Program-made: the position numbers and the translations under genes
Assembly: GCF_009914755.1 (NCBI RefSeq)
Contig: NC_060936.1
DNA: 64,000 nt
Reading direction: 5' to 3' (one strand)
Origin: the human T2T-CHM13v2.0 reference genome, Homo sapiens
The notes under the pieces: generated by a model
Database searches by the model: none
What the model was told of the DNA's origin: nothing
The model's input: only the letters and a program-made list of their open reading frames with translations
Part shown: positions 1 to 14,256 of the stretch, in pieces
How positions within the stretch are numbered: position 1 is the stretch's first letter
Layout: each line of letters starts with the position of its first letter

Positions 1-749
1 GTAAGCATGAAGGAGCATACCCGTGCAACTTTATCCAGAACAGTCCATTGTTCTCCTCTAAAATGAGGACTCAGATACTCAGAAGGATGCCTCAGAGATA
101 ATAATCTAAAGAAGGTATAGCTGGGTTAGATTGAAATAGTCATAAAAGGAGCCCTTTTTTTTTTTTTTTTTCCTTAGCTGGGAGCTCAGTGCCCCTCCAG
201 GAGGGAGGAGAAAGCCACAGGCAGCCTTGTTTTCTTCTCATTAGAAACCAAGTCCTAGCCCGGCAGAGGCACATTCCACAGGGGCTGGTTGGGTTTGGGA
301 GGAGGCCGGAGCACAGAAACATCTTCGGTCCCCCTTCTTGCCTTTCTATAACAAAATCTCAGCAGTAGCTTAAATCTCAGGAGGCCTGGGATGAAACACC
401 ACCCAGGCCTGGCTGGACAGGAACAGACATAAGCCTGGAGCCCAAATGCTACTTGTGGCTTTTAAGAGCTTGGCATGACCCCAGTTAAGCAATTCTGGAA
501 TCCACAGAGGCTCTCCCTTGACTCCCCTCTCCCCACACCCACTCTCCTGAGACCTTCCTGCAAAAAGCAATGCAGGATTGGCAACCACCTCGTGCTTCCT
601 TTTTTTCTGCCAGCCATCTGTATTTCCAAAGGAATCAGGCCCCAAGTCTAACCACAGTGCTCAGTAAATGGAGGCTGCTTTCTGAACCTTCAAGCGGCCT
701 TACAGCAGGCAGCCAGCTCTTCCCCCCTCACTACATGAAAGAGAGAGAA

Positions 750-752
<3 letters not shown>

Positions 753-788
<36 letters not shown>
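753..788 (+). repeat. (GT)18 microsatellite
   Basis: Perfect dinucleotide run. Confidence 0.97.
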
Positions 789-790
<2 letters not shown>

Positions 791-2133
791 TTTAAGGCAA
801 CACAAGAAGAGTCTGATGTTTGGTTAGATCTTACTATTATATTTTAAATGTCATCTTTTAGAGTCTTTTTTTCCCGGTTTCTAAGATTCACTTTGCCTTT
901 GGATGGAAACTGTCTGCTGGAAAGACAGAGCTGCACTGTGAAGGAGAGTGAATCTGAGGCATGCTTAACAACAGCAGGCTCAAGTCAGGGTTGTGGAGCA
1001 AGGATCAGTCCCCAGGGTGAGTCTGAAGAGGCTGCGAAACACCCTCTATCCAGCTGGGAGTTTTGGGGCTTAGAATGTTTGGAGATGGACCCAACATCTC
1101 GCCCCAGGCTCATCATTGTATAGCAGGCTTTAAGTATGTATAAATCTAGTTTTGGGGGTCATATTTTGGCTCATTGGGTTCCTGAATTTATGTGTTGGAA
1201 GATATTTTCAGTAGGTATCTGAATGATATGATCCCTGGGAAAGTTACCCTGTGGGATGGAAGCTCTCCAAACAAATGCTACCTTGTTTTCTTTCTTTGGT
1301 CCTTGGAGTGTTCTTTAAATTAGTTGAAGCCTATAGGCCTTAAGCTGTGAACAACCTGATAGACTTCTGCTAATATAGTGCAAGTTAGATTCAGGCACAA
1401 ATAGTACCTTTGAATTGTGAGTGTGATTAATATTTGGTGATAAACAGAAGAGGGCTGGTAGCAGCCTAGCTTGTGCATACCTGGCTACCACCTGCTCATC
1501 TCCTTAGCCACAAGAAAGGCTGCTGGCTTTTTTTCCTCCATGAAAACTCTCCATAATGGGGCCCAAGCTCTGGTCCCCGACAATGCAGCTGCCCTGGAGG
1601 AAATCACCTGATTGGTAGGTTTAACCAACAGTCCCTAGGAAAATGCCTACCTCCCCACTTCTCCCTATCAGCACGCCTGAGCCAGACCCTGCCTGGAGTT
1701 CTGAGAGTAGTAAACATTTCTCTCTTTTGGCCTAAAGATTCTTCTTCTCACCAGGCCTATGGAAAATAGCAAGAGGCAACAGAGATTGCTCTCATTTTGC
1801 TGGTCAATGTTCTTTGGGAGACTCTACTGGGTTACAGCAGAGGTTTCACCGGTGGTAAGAAATATATCAATCCTGTTAACCCAACATATGCACAAACACA
1901 CGGCAAAAAACAATATTTACCCTAACTATGTGATATACACCGATATTTTCTTTCTATCCTGTGCTATTCAATTTGTTTAAAATGCTGCTCTCCATATACT
2001 AAACTGATTTCACAATCCTGTGAATGGGTCCCTACCCACAGCTCAAAGTTTGGTAGAAGAACAGAACCTGCTCTAAGTAGCTTCCAAATTAGGAGCTCAG
2101 GCTTTGACCAGATAAAAACAATGGGTTCTATTG

Positions 2134-2225
2134 GATTCATTTGCAAGTATTTACTGAGCACCTAGTAGGTGCCGGGCACTGGCACAGGTGCTGGGTATAC
2201 GGAGTAGAATAAAGTAAACAAAGTG
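2134..2225 (-). mobile_element. L2 3' end
   Basis: ttcatttgcaagtatttactgagcacctagtaggtgccgggcactg. Confidence 0.7.
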
Positions 2226-3279
2226 AAAGTCACCTTTTGATTCGTAGGCTGAGTTCAGCAGCAGAAAAGGATGCACTTGGAAAAAAATCAGTATTTTTAA
2301 AAAAAGTAATCATGTGTATGTATAAAACAGAACTAATAATATTTCAGGATAAAACATTATGAATGACTCTTAAGGAAATTCCAGATTTGGAAATTATTTC
2401 TGATTCAGTATCCACTTGGTGTGCATTCACACTTGGCCGTAACAGCTTCATATTCTAATCAATAACATTTAGCTCTCTCCACCGATATGAATCAGAGACC
2501 CTTACTTCATGAGCACACAAATGTGAAGTGATTTCAGCTTTCTCAGAGACCATTTATTCTGAAATAAACATGAATTTCATTGACATTCCCTTTATACTGT
2601 ATGAGATCAAGTCAATATATACAAATCAGGATATGAACAAAATGGACCCCATAGCTACAAATGGTGGGGTGAAAATAGCAAACAGATTATTAATTACAAA
2701 GAGGGTTTCTGCTGCACAGGCAGTTCCTCTGTGTCGGCCCTTGCGGCTTTCCCTCACGAAGCTTCTCCCACTCTGCTCAGATGGATATTCATATCATGGA
2801 GCAGAGTCCTGCAGTGTCCCCTGGGAGAAGCCACATGCAGGGACTTTAACCTATGCTACATCATTTCAAGGCTTTCCACCCAAGTGCCTTTGAACTGATA
2901 ACATTACACGGTGCAGATCTCAAGTATCAGTGCTTTGAGTCTTCTGTTTTATCTTTAAAAACCATGAGAGTTTTGCACAAGCCTACAAATGAAGTCCTTC
3001 TACCTCACTCCCAAAATTTTCAGGTGAAATAGAGGCTTATCTTGTAGCTTCCCATACTCTTCTGAAATCTTCTACTAACCCCCATATTATTCAGGCCGCC
3101 AAGGCAAGAAGCGCAGGCCTGAGTAACAGCTGTCGATATTTACCAAAGGGAGGAATACCACACTCTTAGCTCCTGCATCCAGGTGGCCCTGTTGTTTCAG
3201 AGGATGGAGAGCAAAGGCAGCCATTGTTAAATTTTCTGCTGTCACCTCACGCCCAGCAGTTAACGGATTTTCACATACC

Positions 3280-3495
3280 CCAATGTTTATTATGCAATCT
3301 TTTTGTTCCAGGCACTAAGGATTTATATTTTTAAAAACTTACATAATCCTCACTGTAACACTGTAAGCTAGATAGAAACATTATCCTCATTACACAAATA
3401 AGAAAATGGAGGCATAAGAGAGGTCATATATCTGGGAGGAAATAGGGGTCAAGCTCACTTCAGGTCTGTCCCAACAGTTACACTCTTAACCACGC
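3280..3495 (-). mobile_element. MIR
   Basis: ttatcctcattacacaaataagaaaatggaggcataagagaggt. Confidence 0.65.
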
Positions 3496-4293
3496 TTCTC
3501 TGTGCCTCTGTGAAGAGCTAGGAATCTGCATAAATGCCACAAAATGGCATGAGATGCAAAAGAATGTTTAATTATTAATTCTCTTCCTAAAATTAAATTG
3601 TAAAAAAAAAATTTAAGCTCATCTTCACATTCTAGGTTTTTATAATGGTCAGTCGCATAGAAGTTAAAACATACCAGTACTCCTAGGGTTGAAAACTAGG
3701 GTTGTCTCTTAACAATACTGCAGATGTACAAGATCACTATAGAATTAGATTTAACCTGAGCTTTGACGTTCAAAGTGCTCAGGTGCAATAAACTCAGACT
3801 CCAAATTTTCATACCTAGGTGCCCAGTTTTCTATAGGGTGATCCAATGTGACCCAGAGGATCAGGCCTTGGAGATGGGGTGTGTAGCATTTACTGAAGAT
3901 GAGCAGGAATCAGAAACCATTAAGTTAAATGCCCTGGGCAGCATGGTCTCCTGACCTATCCCATGTATTTATACTATGTGTGAAGCCTGGACTATCCAGG
4001 TTATGGGCACAAAAAGGAAAAAGAGGAGGCCTAATTTGACCCTGACCCACCGTTGCACCTGAAGGCTTTACCATCCCTTATCAGCCACTGCCAGTCCAGT
4101 CTACTGGCACCTTATGAACAGTCACTGGCTCACTGCAGGTGGACAAAGACATTCCCAAGCAATAGCAAGGGGATAACCAGGGGCAAAGACCACCAGCAGC
4201 CCAGGAGTCACAATACTTTGACAGCCCAGGCTGCCCAGCGCTCTTTAACCGACCACTTCTGCAAACTGTTATTCATATCCATTGTAACAAACT

Positions 4294-4431
4294 CTAGGGC
4301 TGCCCAAAGTCAATGTTTAAGGATATACAGCAATCGCCTGGGGTGCTTATTAAAAAATGCAGAATCCATAGAGATTCTAATTCAGCAGATAAAATAGACC
4401 CTGAAATGTTTTCAGTAATTGCCCCAGATGA
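4294..4431. mobile_element. MER5-family fragment
   Basis: atcgcctggggtgcttattaaaaaatgcaga ... gagattctaattcag. Confidence 0.6.
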
Positions 4432-5489
4432 CAAAGCTTCAATGTAGGTAAACCTTTGTCTATTAGTTTTGTATGAAACTGTAATCATCCATATATGGCC
4501 CTGTCCTGACACTAGACTGTAAACACCATGAGGGTTGGCACTGTTTTTTTCTGCTTTGTATCTTCAATGCCCAACCTAATACCTGGTTCACTTAATGAAT
4601 AGTAGTTGAAACTGATTGTCCCACAGAGATGAAGCTCTGTGCCTTGTCCTTTAGGTACAGAGAGTGATACATAGCATCTGATCTACCCTGGAAGACTGAC
4701 AAGGCTGATCCCATCTCAGCAGAATCTGAACCTGGAATATGGCAGAATACTACAGCTTTTGCCAGAGCAACCAGGTGAAGAACAAAAAGTGAATGTGTTC
4801 CATCCCCTCATGAGGCTTCTGAAGCTTTCCTTATGATCTGATTACAACAAAGGAGAGAGGCAACTGACAACACACTAGTTCTGAAACACCGCTGGCATCT
4901 TTGTTATCAGCCTTCCTGGCTCTTACAGAGAGATCTGCTTTCAGCTCTCCAGCAAGGAACAGACACAAAACTTTAGCCTCTCTCTTAATAAGTCCTTGAT
5001 TTACTTGTCTGAAGGTAAGAGGACGGTGGTGGTAGGATGAGATTTTTCAGGGTTTGGAGTGGTGGCTCTCCAGCTCTTGTGTGTGGATTACTAGGGTAAG
5101 CCCAGAAGCAAGGAGTTTGAAACCATCACCACAGCTGATTTAGATGAAGAGGCCCCCAGGCCACCGCAGGTGACCATCTTCATAGGATTATCAGCTCGAA
5201 ACCAGCTGTGCCAATTTCCTGCTGGGAAACCTGGAGAGCTGGGAAAAGCAGAAAATTTATCAAGCTCTGGTAAGAGTGAACTAATTGTAACTGAAAGAGT
5301 GTTGGTTGGACACAGGAAAATGTTTCCTTGGTGGGTTTGTGAGTACCTGGAAAATTTCAGGAGTGGTAGTGTACCTACTTCTCTGGAATTTCCTTAGAAA
5401 TGGGATCCTAAAAATAGGCTGAGAATTAGCCCATAGGTCCTTTTCTTTTTTCTTAAATCATCTTCTAAGTCACTGATAAAAATTGTATT

Positions 5490-5670
5490 TTTATTCATTT
5501 ATTATTTATTTTGGATTCAGGAGGTACATGGGCAGCTTTGTTACACTGGTATATTGTGTGATGCTAAGGTTTGAGGTACAAATGGTCCCATCACCCAAGT
5601 GTCAGCACAGTACCCAATAGGTAGTTTTTCAGCTCACACCCCCTCCCTCTTCTCCTAGTAGTCCCCTATA
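5490..5670 (-). mobile_element. L1P (old L1PA/L1PB) 3' end
   Basis: ggtacatgggcagctttgttacac, atcacccaag, agtacccaataggtagtttttc. Confidence 0.8.
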
Positions 5671-6561
5671 TGTCCTGGATATACATATTGTCAGCTCTAT
5701 ATTTCTGCCTTGTGTGTAATTTTCATACGTCATATTCCACCCTTAAGGTGTGGAGCTCTTAAGGGTGGGAAAATAAAATTCTGTTCATTATTGGCATCCT
5801 TAGCCTGGCATTCAAAGTTCCCCATGAGCTGACTCCAATGTAATTACCTAGTTTCATGGTTTGCTTCACTGCCCACCACTGCTCTACACCCTCTTGCTCC
5901 CTCTGACATGTCACTTATGTGAGCCTCCCGGGACTGTTATCTAGCTGATACACACCAATATAACTGCACACGAAGGGCTAAAACATTGAAACGTTCCATG
6001 CTAGTCAGCAAACAATGGCTGTCTCAGTCTCCATGAATGCCCCCATCTGCTGCTCTGGACTCTCCCCTAGAATCCCCAAGAGGTAACAGTAAATAAAGGG
6101 TTAATGCCTGGCACAGCAGGGAGGCTTCTAGGACCCTGCTGCAGCCCAGCTGGGGCCTACTTGTCCATTTTGATTGTCCAAATATTTTGAATATTATCTC
6201 TGGCTTCCAAATTCCCAAAACACACATCACATTTTCACTCCTCTGGGCTTCTGCTGGCACAGTGCCCTTTGCTCCGAATGTCCTTCTCTCCAAACTTCTT
6301 GAAACCCCTCTCGTAATCCAGATCTTTGGTTCAAACAATCTTCTCCAGGAAGTCCTCCCCAATCCCAATCTCCCCTCTCAAAACAACTACTCCCTCCACC
6401 ACAGCCACAGGCATTTTCTTCAAACCTTTTTGTATAACTCTTATCTTTTGTCTTGCTTTAGTTATTTATACATATGTCCCAACAGATCTACTTCCCCCAC
6501 TGTGGAAGTTTGAAGAATAGGTTTAAAGGTGAAATGATATTGTTCAATAAATTTCCAGAAA

Positions 6562-6857
6562 GGCCGGGCGTGGTGGCTCACGACTGTAATCCTAGCACTT
6601 TGGGAGGCTGAGGCGGGCGGATCACCTGAGGTTGGGAGTTCACAACCAGCCTGACCAACATGGAGAAACCCCATCTCTACTAAAAATACAAAATTAGCTG
6701 GGCGTGGTGGCACATGCCTGTAATCCCAGCTACTCGGGAGGCCGAGGCAGGAGAATCGCTTGAACCCAGGAAGCGGAGGTTGCAGTGAGCCGAGATCACG
6801 CCATTCATTGCACTCCAGCCTGGGCAACAAGAGTGAAACTCCGTCTCAAAAAAAAAA
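6562..6857 (+). mobile_element. AluSp-like
   Basis: Full dimer with A-tail; cctgaccaacatggagaaacccc diagnostic. Confidence 0.93.
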
Positions 6858-7020
6858 GCCAGTCTTGGGCCACGTGGCAATCTCTTTAAAGCTAACATAG
6901 TCCTATATGATGAAATCCTTCCTACGCAAGGACATGCTTTAACCACAGATGGGCTTGACCCTCCCAGCTTCTTGGGTATGGTTTGGAAGACTACAGGAGT
7001 ACATTAAAAGGTCCAGCATC

Positions 7021-7328
7021 AGCTGAGTGCAGTGTGGCTCACACCTGTAATCCCAGCACTTTGGGAGGCTGAGGTGGGCAGATTACTTGAGCTCAGGAGT
7101 TCCAGACCAGCCAGGCCAACATGGTGAAACCTTGTCTCTACTAAAAATACAAAAATTAGCCCAGCATGTTGGTGCACGCCTTTAATCCCAGCTACTCAGG
7201 AGGCTGAGGCATCAAAATCGCTTGAATCTGGGAGGCGGAGGTTGCAGTGGGCTGAGATCACACCACTGCACTCCAGCCTGGGCAACAGAGTGGAGTGAGA
7301 CTGTCTCTTTAAAAAAAAAAAAAAAAAA
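7021..7328 (+). mobile_element. AluS
   Basis: Full dimer with A-tail. Confidence 0.92.
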
Positions 7329-7768
7329 GTCCCCAAACCAAAAAACATCCTATCAAATAGTGCCTGGGACAGAGGGGCTGGCAACGGGCTTCCTGGCTGT
7401 AGTGATGGTGTCTCTTCTGACAGACAAGAGCTCTACGTTTTCTGTGTCAAACCCATCTTCATCTGCCATGCTGCAGGACAGACCTGCTAGGCAGAGGCAG
7501 CCAGCAGACCTGATCTGACTTTAGTTTCTTCTCGAAACTGCCTTCCTTTGTCTTTTTGTTTTCTAGCTTCTCATTACCTTGCAGAGGCAGCATTTCAGCA
7601 ACAGACTGTAGACCTCCTGAGGCCAGCAGCAGCTCTTGCTGACCCTTTCACTCTCCATAATAGCTAATGATTATAGTATTAGAAACTCATCACGCGCTAT
7701 TATATGCCAGGCTTTGTTCAATGCACTCAACCTTACTAACCCATAATATCCCAACTATTATCAAGTAC

Positions 7769-8110
<342 letters not shown>

Positions 8111-10459
8111 TGACAGTGGCAAAATGATCTGTGGTGGGGATTGGCCCAGCTAGGCAGTCTGGCTCCAGCATCCTTGCTCTTAACTGCTACTCAACATCTA
8201 CTGTGTAGTAGGTGTACAATACAAGCCTGTCAAATAGATGGTAAGTGTCTACAGGGCCTTCTTGGTTAAAAGGACACTACTTTAAGAGAGATTTTTATAA
8301 GCACTTGACATCCCCAAACTTCCCCAGATGACTTGCAGCTATGTTCTTATCACATACATACTGTACAACCCCAAACACCAGTCACAGGGGAAGCGCCGTG
8401 TGACTCTGCTTAAGCGTATGTGGATAATAGATATAAATGCTGTGAGTGTTTGAAGGGTCTGAGGGGGGAAGAAAGGCTTGGAAATAGTTCAGCCACTTTA
8501 GGACAATAAACTTTTACTCATTGAAGCAGAGAGACGTGTGTGAGTGCATTCATGCGTGCATGCGTGTGTAGGGTGAGTGATGATCAATGGGGAGCGAGCT
8601 GGTGGGGCATCTCTTTTCTTTCTCCTCCCTGTGGTCTGACAAAGCCTGTCTGTCTTGGCTTGCAACCATTCGTAAAGACCCCATAGCTTCCACTGGCCTC
8701 CTGCGCAGGAGGGCAGGGAGCAGGGAGTCATTCATCACTGTCAGGAGATGTGCTGCACACAGCAGGGCCCGCTTTCTTCCCTGCTGCTCCTGCAGCTAGA
8801 GCTGCAAATCTTGAAAAGATGCAGAACATGCACATAGCAAATAACCATTCATCATCTCAGCTCTGGAAGCCCCGGGAGAGGCCCCTCCCCATGTGGGGCT
8901 GACCCATTCTGAGTTGGACTCCAGCCCCGTTGGAATTTGGAACACAGGGACTTTTCAGGTGCCTAATCCCTGGCCCAGCCATTCTCCATCCTGGATAATC
9001 TATTGAGGTTTGGGGTTAAAATTCTCTGAAATGATCCCCCCTGCCCCTGTCTCTACAAGGTCAGATTTTCAGAGTGCTTTCAGCAATCAGACTGCTGCCA
9101 AGGTGGCCCGTAATCATTAAATTATGAAAATACAAGTTGCTGAGAGGAAATGAATACCAGGTTTCACTAGGGAAAGGCCTGCTTTCTTGTGAAGTAATTA
9201 TAAAATTAAAATGTGATATTTCTCTGGTGAGTGTAAAAAGCCTCCCCATGAGGTAGGTCTGTGGCATGACGGCAACATCAGGATTTACACTGGGGTGGGA
9301 CTGAGAGATCCTTCTGTGTCCCCAAAATGCCAGAGACATCTGCAGGTAAATTTCCGAAGATTGGGTTAAGAGTGATTAAAAGCAGAAAGAGGGAAAAGTA
9401 CTGAGTTTGAATTTTTCAATTACTCTGTAAAACTCAAGAGTCAAGCTGTTCAAAAATGTAGGCTTTCTAAGGTAGGCTAATAACGCTGAGCTAATTAGAC
9501 CCACAGGCATGGCCAACACATAAATTTGGGCCCCAAAGAGGGACACTGTCCCTTTAAAAACCGCCTTGGGATCCGTGGAAAAGCTAATGAGGAGTGTCAG
9601 TTGGGGCTGCTTTATTAGGTGGTCCTCAAGAGGATAAAGCCTGGGGTTTCTGTAACAGGGCTTCTGTGCTTGATTCAATAAATCAATTTATATTAAATGC
9701 GGGCGCAGCTCTGGAGTTGGCTTCATAAGCATTCTGTGGCGTTTCTCAATCTGCTCATCCACTTCCTTGTCAGCCTGCTTGAATGCACTGTCAGAGGGCA
9801 TTGAAGAGAGCAATAAAGAATAAGATAGAAGCTGTATCTATATTTGTAAAACCCAACCTGGCAGCTCCAGACCATGTGTGGAACTATCTCCAGTGAGTTT
9901 CTCTCTCCAGAAAGCGTTTGGATGGTTGGTGAGAAGCCTGATGCTGTGGGGCTGTGCTTCTCCACCCCAAGCCAAACTCCAGGCTATAGATGGAGAATAA
10001 AGGTCACCCCAAACACAGTGGAAAGGGTTGGAAGCCAAGCTGCTTTTAAATCATATTCTCAGGGCCTGAATTACTCCCCAAGAAATCAAAGGAAAAGCAA
10101 GAGGGACAAGAGTGCCAGCAGCTGGTCCTCATCCAGGAGATAGGGGAGAGAGCTGAAAGAAGGCTGCTGGGCTGCTTGAGGAGGGGAGGTGCGCTACTGA
10201 CTAGGGCTGATGAAATGGGTCTCCCTTTAGTCTGGCCAGCTGGATGCAGCTTCTTGGTGGCCCAAAAGTGACTACTGGCTATGAAGTGAGTTGTTCCTAA
10301 GCACAATGACTGATGCCCCTGAGGATCAGGAAAGGGGTGTGAAGCCCACCCCTCTGCTGACTCAGAGTCTGGCATCAGAGGCACCAGAGGCCGGTGTGGC
10401 TACACCATTCCCTGTCCACAGTTATCAGTACCCATCCCACCTTTTAAAAAACTCTTTGG

Positions 10460-10770
10460 GGCCAGGTTTGGTGGCTCATCCCTGTAATCCCAGCGCTTTG
10501 GGAGGCTGAGGCAGGAGGACTGCTTGAGCCCAGGAGTTTGAGACCAGTCTAGGCAACATGGCAAAACCCTGTCTCTACAAAATACACAAAAATTAGCAGG
10601 GTGTGGTGTCACACACCTGTAGTACCAGCTACTCAAGAGGCTGAGGTGGGAGATCACTTGAGCCCGGGAGGTTGAGGCTGCAGTGAGCCATGGTCATGTG
10701 ACCGCCTTCCAGCCTGAGTGACAGAGTGAGACCCTGTCTTTAAAAAAAACAAAAAAAACAAACCAAAACA
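10460..10770 (+). mobile_element. AluJ
   Basis: Full dimer; TSD aaaaactctttg. Confidence 0.92.
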
Positions 10771-10863
10771 AAAAACTCTTTGCTGTTGGGATGCTGAGTT
10801 ACAGAGAGCTCCTTGCACCACACCATTCCCAACTATACCCACGCTCTTCTACTATGTAGACCA

Positions 10864-11065
10864 CAGCACCATGCCGTAGAACTTTCTGTGATGATGGAGA
10901 CGTTCTATATCTGCATGGTCCAATTCAGCAGCCACTAGCCACATGTGGCTACTGAGCAACTGAGATGTGGCTAGGGCAACTCGGGAAATAAATTTTTAAT
11001 TTTATGTAATTTAGCTAATTTAAATGGCCACATGTGGCTAGTGGCTACTGTGCTCGAGAGCACAG
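10864..11065. mobile_element. MER3 (hAT-Charlie)
   Basis: tagaactttctgtgatgatgga, gccactagccacatgtggcta ... ccacatgtggctagtggctac. Confidence 0.85.
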
Positions 11066-12799
11066 AGAATGGAAATTTCTCTTTGCCTCAATAAAAGTAG
11101 AAAGTGCTGAAAGGAGAAAATGGGCTAACTCCACTCTGCTCCCAGTGGAAAATCCCCTATTTGCTCATAGTTTTAAGGGAAACAGAGGAGGGAAAATTAT
11201 CGTGATGTATCATCAAGTTAGAATTATAAAAAGTTAGGGGCTCTAAGGGACAAAATAAAACACTGCCATCTCTGGAATCTTTCTAATGGGATCTGTCTTT
11301 TCCAGCAGCTCTAAAAGCAGAGCAAAGCCTACCCCCTGCCGCCACCACACTTAGAGGTTCGCAGCAATGGTCAGAGGAAGTATTTACGAGAGACCTAGGC
11401 CAGGATCTGCCCAAGGCCCCAGAAGCTTGGCAGAGCAAAGTACACAAGGTGCCTATCGCCAAAACAGGACTCTCTTTACCAAGTCAAGCATGTGATCTCA
11501 AGTTACCAGTCCAGCCTGCCCCTGAAATGAGACCATCATAACGTTAGAAAGGCTTTGCTTAAAGGAAGAATTCTGGTATACTTTGCTCATGACCAGAACC
11601 ATCTGGAAGCAATCTAGCATTCACAAGATGGACTTTTCTTCTTTGGCCCTTGCTCTCTCTACAAATCCCATCAGCCCAGGAACAGCTGCTGGAGAATCTG
11701 GCCTGGCGCCAGGGGTGAAGTTTCAGCCCCCTCCCACACACATGTCCCTCTGGGTCCCTGGCTTGCTTGCCACCCCAGGTGGCTGGACATGGCACGAAGT
11801 ACGCTGATCCTACTTGAGAAAGCGGAATAGCCAGTGGTCACAGGAGCAGAGACTTGGTGCCACAAAGCGAGCTGTGAGAAACTGCTGTTTCAACTCGGTA
11901 ACATAGACACTTGCCAGTAAATTATGGCCTGAGACATCTCAGAGGGCTGCGGGTCGGGATACACTGCTCTCAAGGCAACACAATGCCAGCTACAGTGTGC
12001 ATCCTGCAACAGCAGCTCAACACAAAGGGATGGGGAGGATGGGCCCCAGCTTGGGGATTCTGGCACCGGGACCAATGACACCATGCGCAGGAGGTGAGAG
12101 CCAAGGGGGTGATAGGGAGAGCAAGGGAAGACTCCATCAGGAATGAACTCAGCACTGGGGGCACTGCGAAGAGAATGGCTTTGTAAATCTAGCCACTGTG
12201 CAAACTATCTGAGGAGAGGGGGAAGGGGAGGTGGGGGAGCCAGGGAAGAGGCCAACTGCATTATGAAGGTCCTGGTGACAATAACCTTTTGTCCTCAAAA
12301 CAATTTGAGCCTGCCAAGCTGCTCCACAGTCTCCGTGAAAGCATGAGGGTGGGAAAAAAAAGGATCCCCATTAAGAGGCAACAGACTCATCCTTAATTAT
12401 GAGACAAGCCTTCCCAGAGCTGACATCCTCTCCCACACTTCCTCCTGCAGCAGACACACCACTGAGTGCCGGCGTGGTGCTCCTCTAATGAGAGCAGGCA
12501 ATTTTTCTAAGAACTGGTCCTTTTGGGATCTTCCCCAGAACCCCCACCCCCAAATGACACAAGCTCTTAGTGAGAAGTGTGAAGCATCAGTTTAATTTGA
12601 GCAATGGTCTACAGGGTCAGACTGGGGACTAGAAAAGGGACGGCCTCAGCAGTCCTAAAATGCTTCATTCCATCCTCTTGACCCTATAGGATCGTCAAGA
12701 CACCAGTCCTGGTGGACAGAGGGCCCCTGCTTAAATGTACACCGAAGCTCGAAACTGAATGATCATGTCTAATTATCCTAAAGAAAAGCTGACTGGCAC

Positions 12800-13210
12800 A
12801 CTGTATTAGAAAGAACCCCAACAAAAAGTCAGAAACCTGGATTCTAGTCCTTATTCTGACACATTTGCATCAGCTGTGTGCAAGCTGTGTCAGAAGCTGA
12901 GCAAACCACCTAATACCTCTAGGCCTCAATTTGCTCACCTGCAAAATGGGAGTAAGGGGGGGTCATTCCACATTTGGCAGTTTAGCACCTTAGTAAGCAC
13001 CACACACTCTGAAGTTACGCTGCCTGGATTCATATCCCACTTTCTCCTCTTACGAGTTATGTAACCTTGAGCAACTTAGCTCTGTGCCTCAGTTTCCTCA
13101 TCTGTAAAATGTACCTAGTTCACAGGACTGTTTTAAGCGTTAGGTATGAGGAATTAGGTAAAGCTCTCATCATAGTGTCTGGCCCTTAGCTCTTCCAATA
13201 ATTGTCAGCC
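12800..13210 (+). mobile_element. Two adjacent MIRs
   Basis: Cores ggcctcaatttgctcacctgcaaaatggg and ctctgtgcctcagtttcctcatctgtaaaatg. Confidence 0.8.
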
Positions 13211-13340
13211 CCATTACCATGATGATTAGTGGAAGATGAGGAAGAAAAAAAATTCCACAACTAGGCATTTACTACAAGGATTAAACAGCTTTGCAGTAGG
13301 TGGACTTTTTACTTGTTAGAAGGTTTCAGAAGAATGGGTT

Positions 13341-13618
<278 letters not shown>

Positions 13619-13749
13619 TAAAAAATAACTGCTAGATCTAAGGCTTTCTGCTAGAGGGTAAAAACATTTTAAAAAGGAATTCATTAAAGTTGGGGGGAGT
13701 GCTTTACGTAGGCAGTAGTCTAAATTGAATGGATGATTGATTTACTGAT

Positions 13750-13911
13750 TCATTTATTTATTTAGAGATGAGGTCTTGCTCTGTTGCCCAGGCTGGAATG
13801 CAGTGGCATGATTCTGGCTCACCGCACCCTCGAATTCCTGGACTCAACTGATCCTACCACCTATGCCTCCCCAAATGCTGGGATTATAGGTATGAGCCAC
13901 TGTGCTTGGCC
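13750..13911 (-). mobile_element. Alu monomer (FRAM-like)
   Basis: Single right-arm-type monomer with a T-rich tail. Confidence 0.8.
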
Positions 13912-14224
13912 TAAACTGGTTTTCAATTTCTTAGGTTCTTCTGACAAAGATGTAAAGGGCTTTTCTTCAACTTAAGTCCTATTTTCAAATCAAAAGTTGG
14001 AACAGGTAGGAAATGCACAAAGATGCACATAAATCTGCTTGTAGCCAAGGTTGTGAGCCAACAGCCGTTTGGGGAATTAGGCTGAAAACAAATCAGCAAA
14101 TCACATCTGACTAAAGCCATTCTCAGTTGTGGCTCCTTCATTATTCATTACCTTCTGTGAAGTTCTATACAATTAAAAATAGCCCATTTGTGGACTGTTT
14201 ATCTGCTTAGGACCATGCTAATGC

Positions 14225-14248
<24 letters not shown>
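14225..14248 (+). repeat. (AG)12 microsatellite
   Basis: Perfect run followed by purine-rich sequence. Confidence 0.93.
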
Positions 14249-14256
<8 letters not shown>

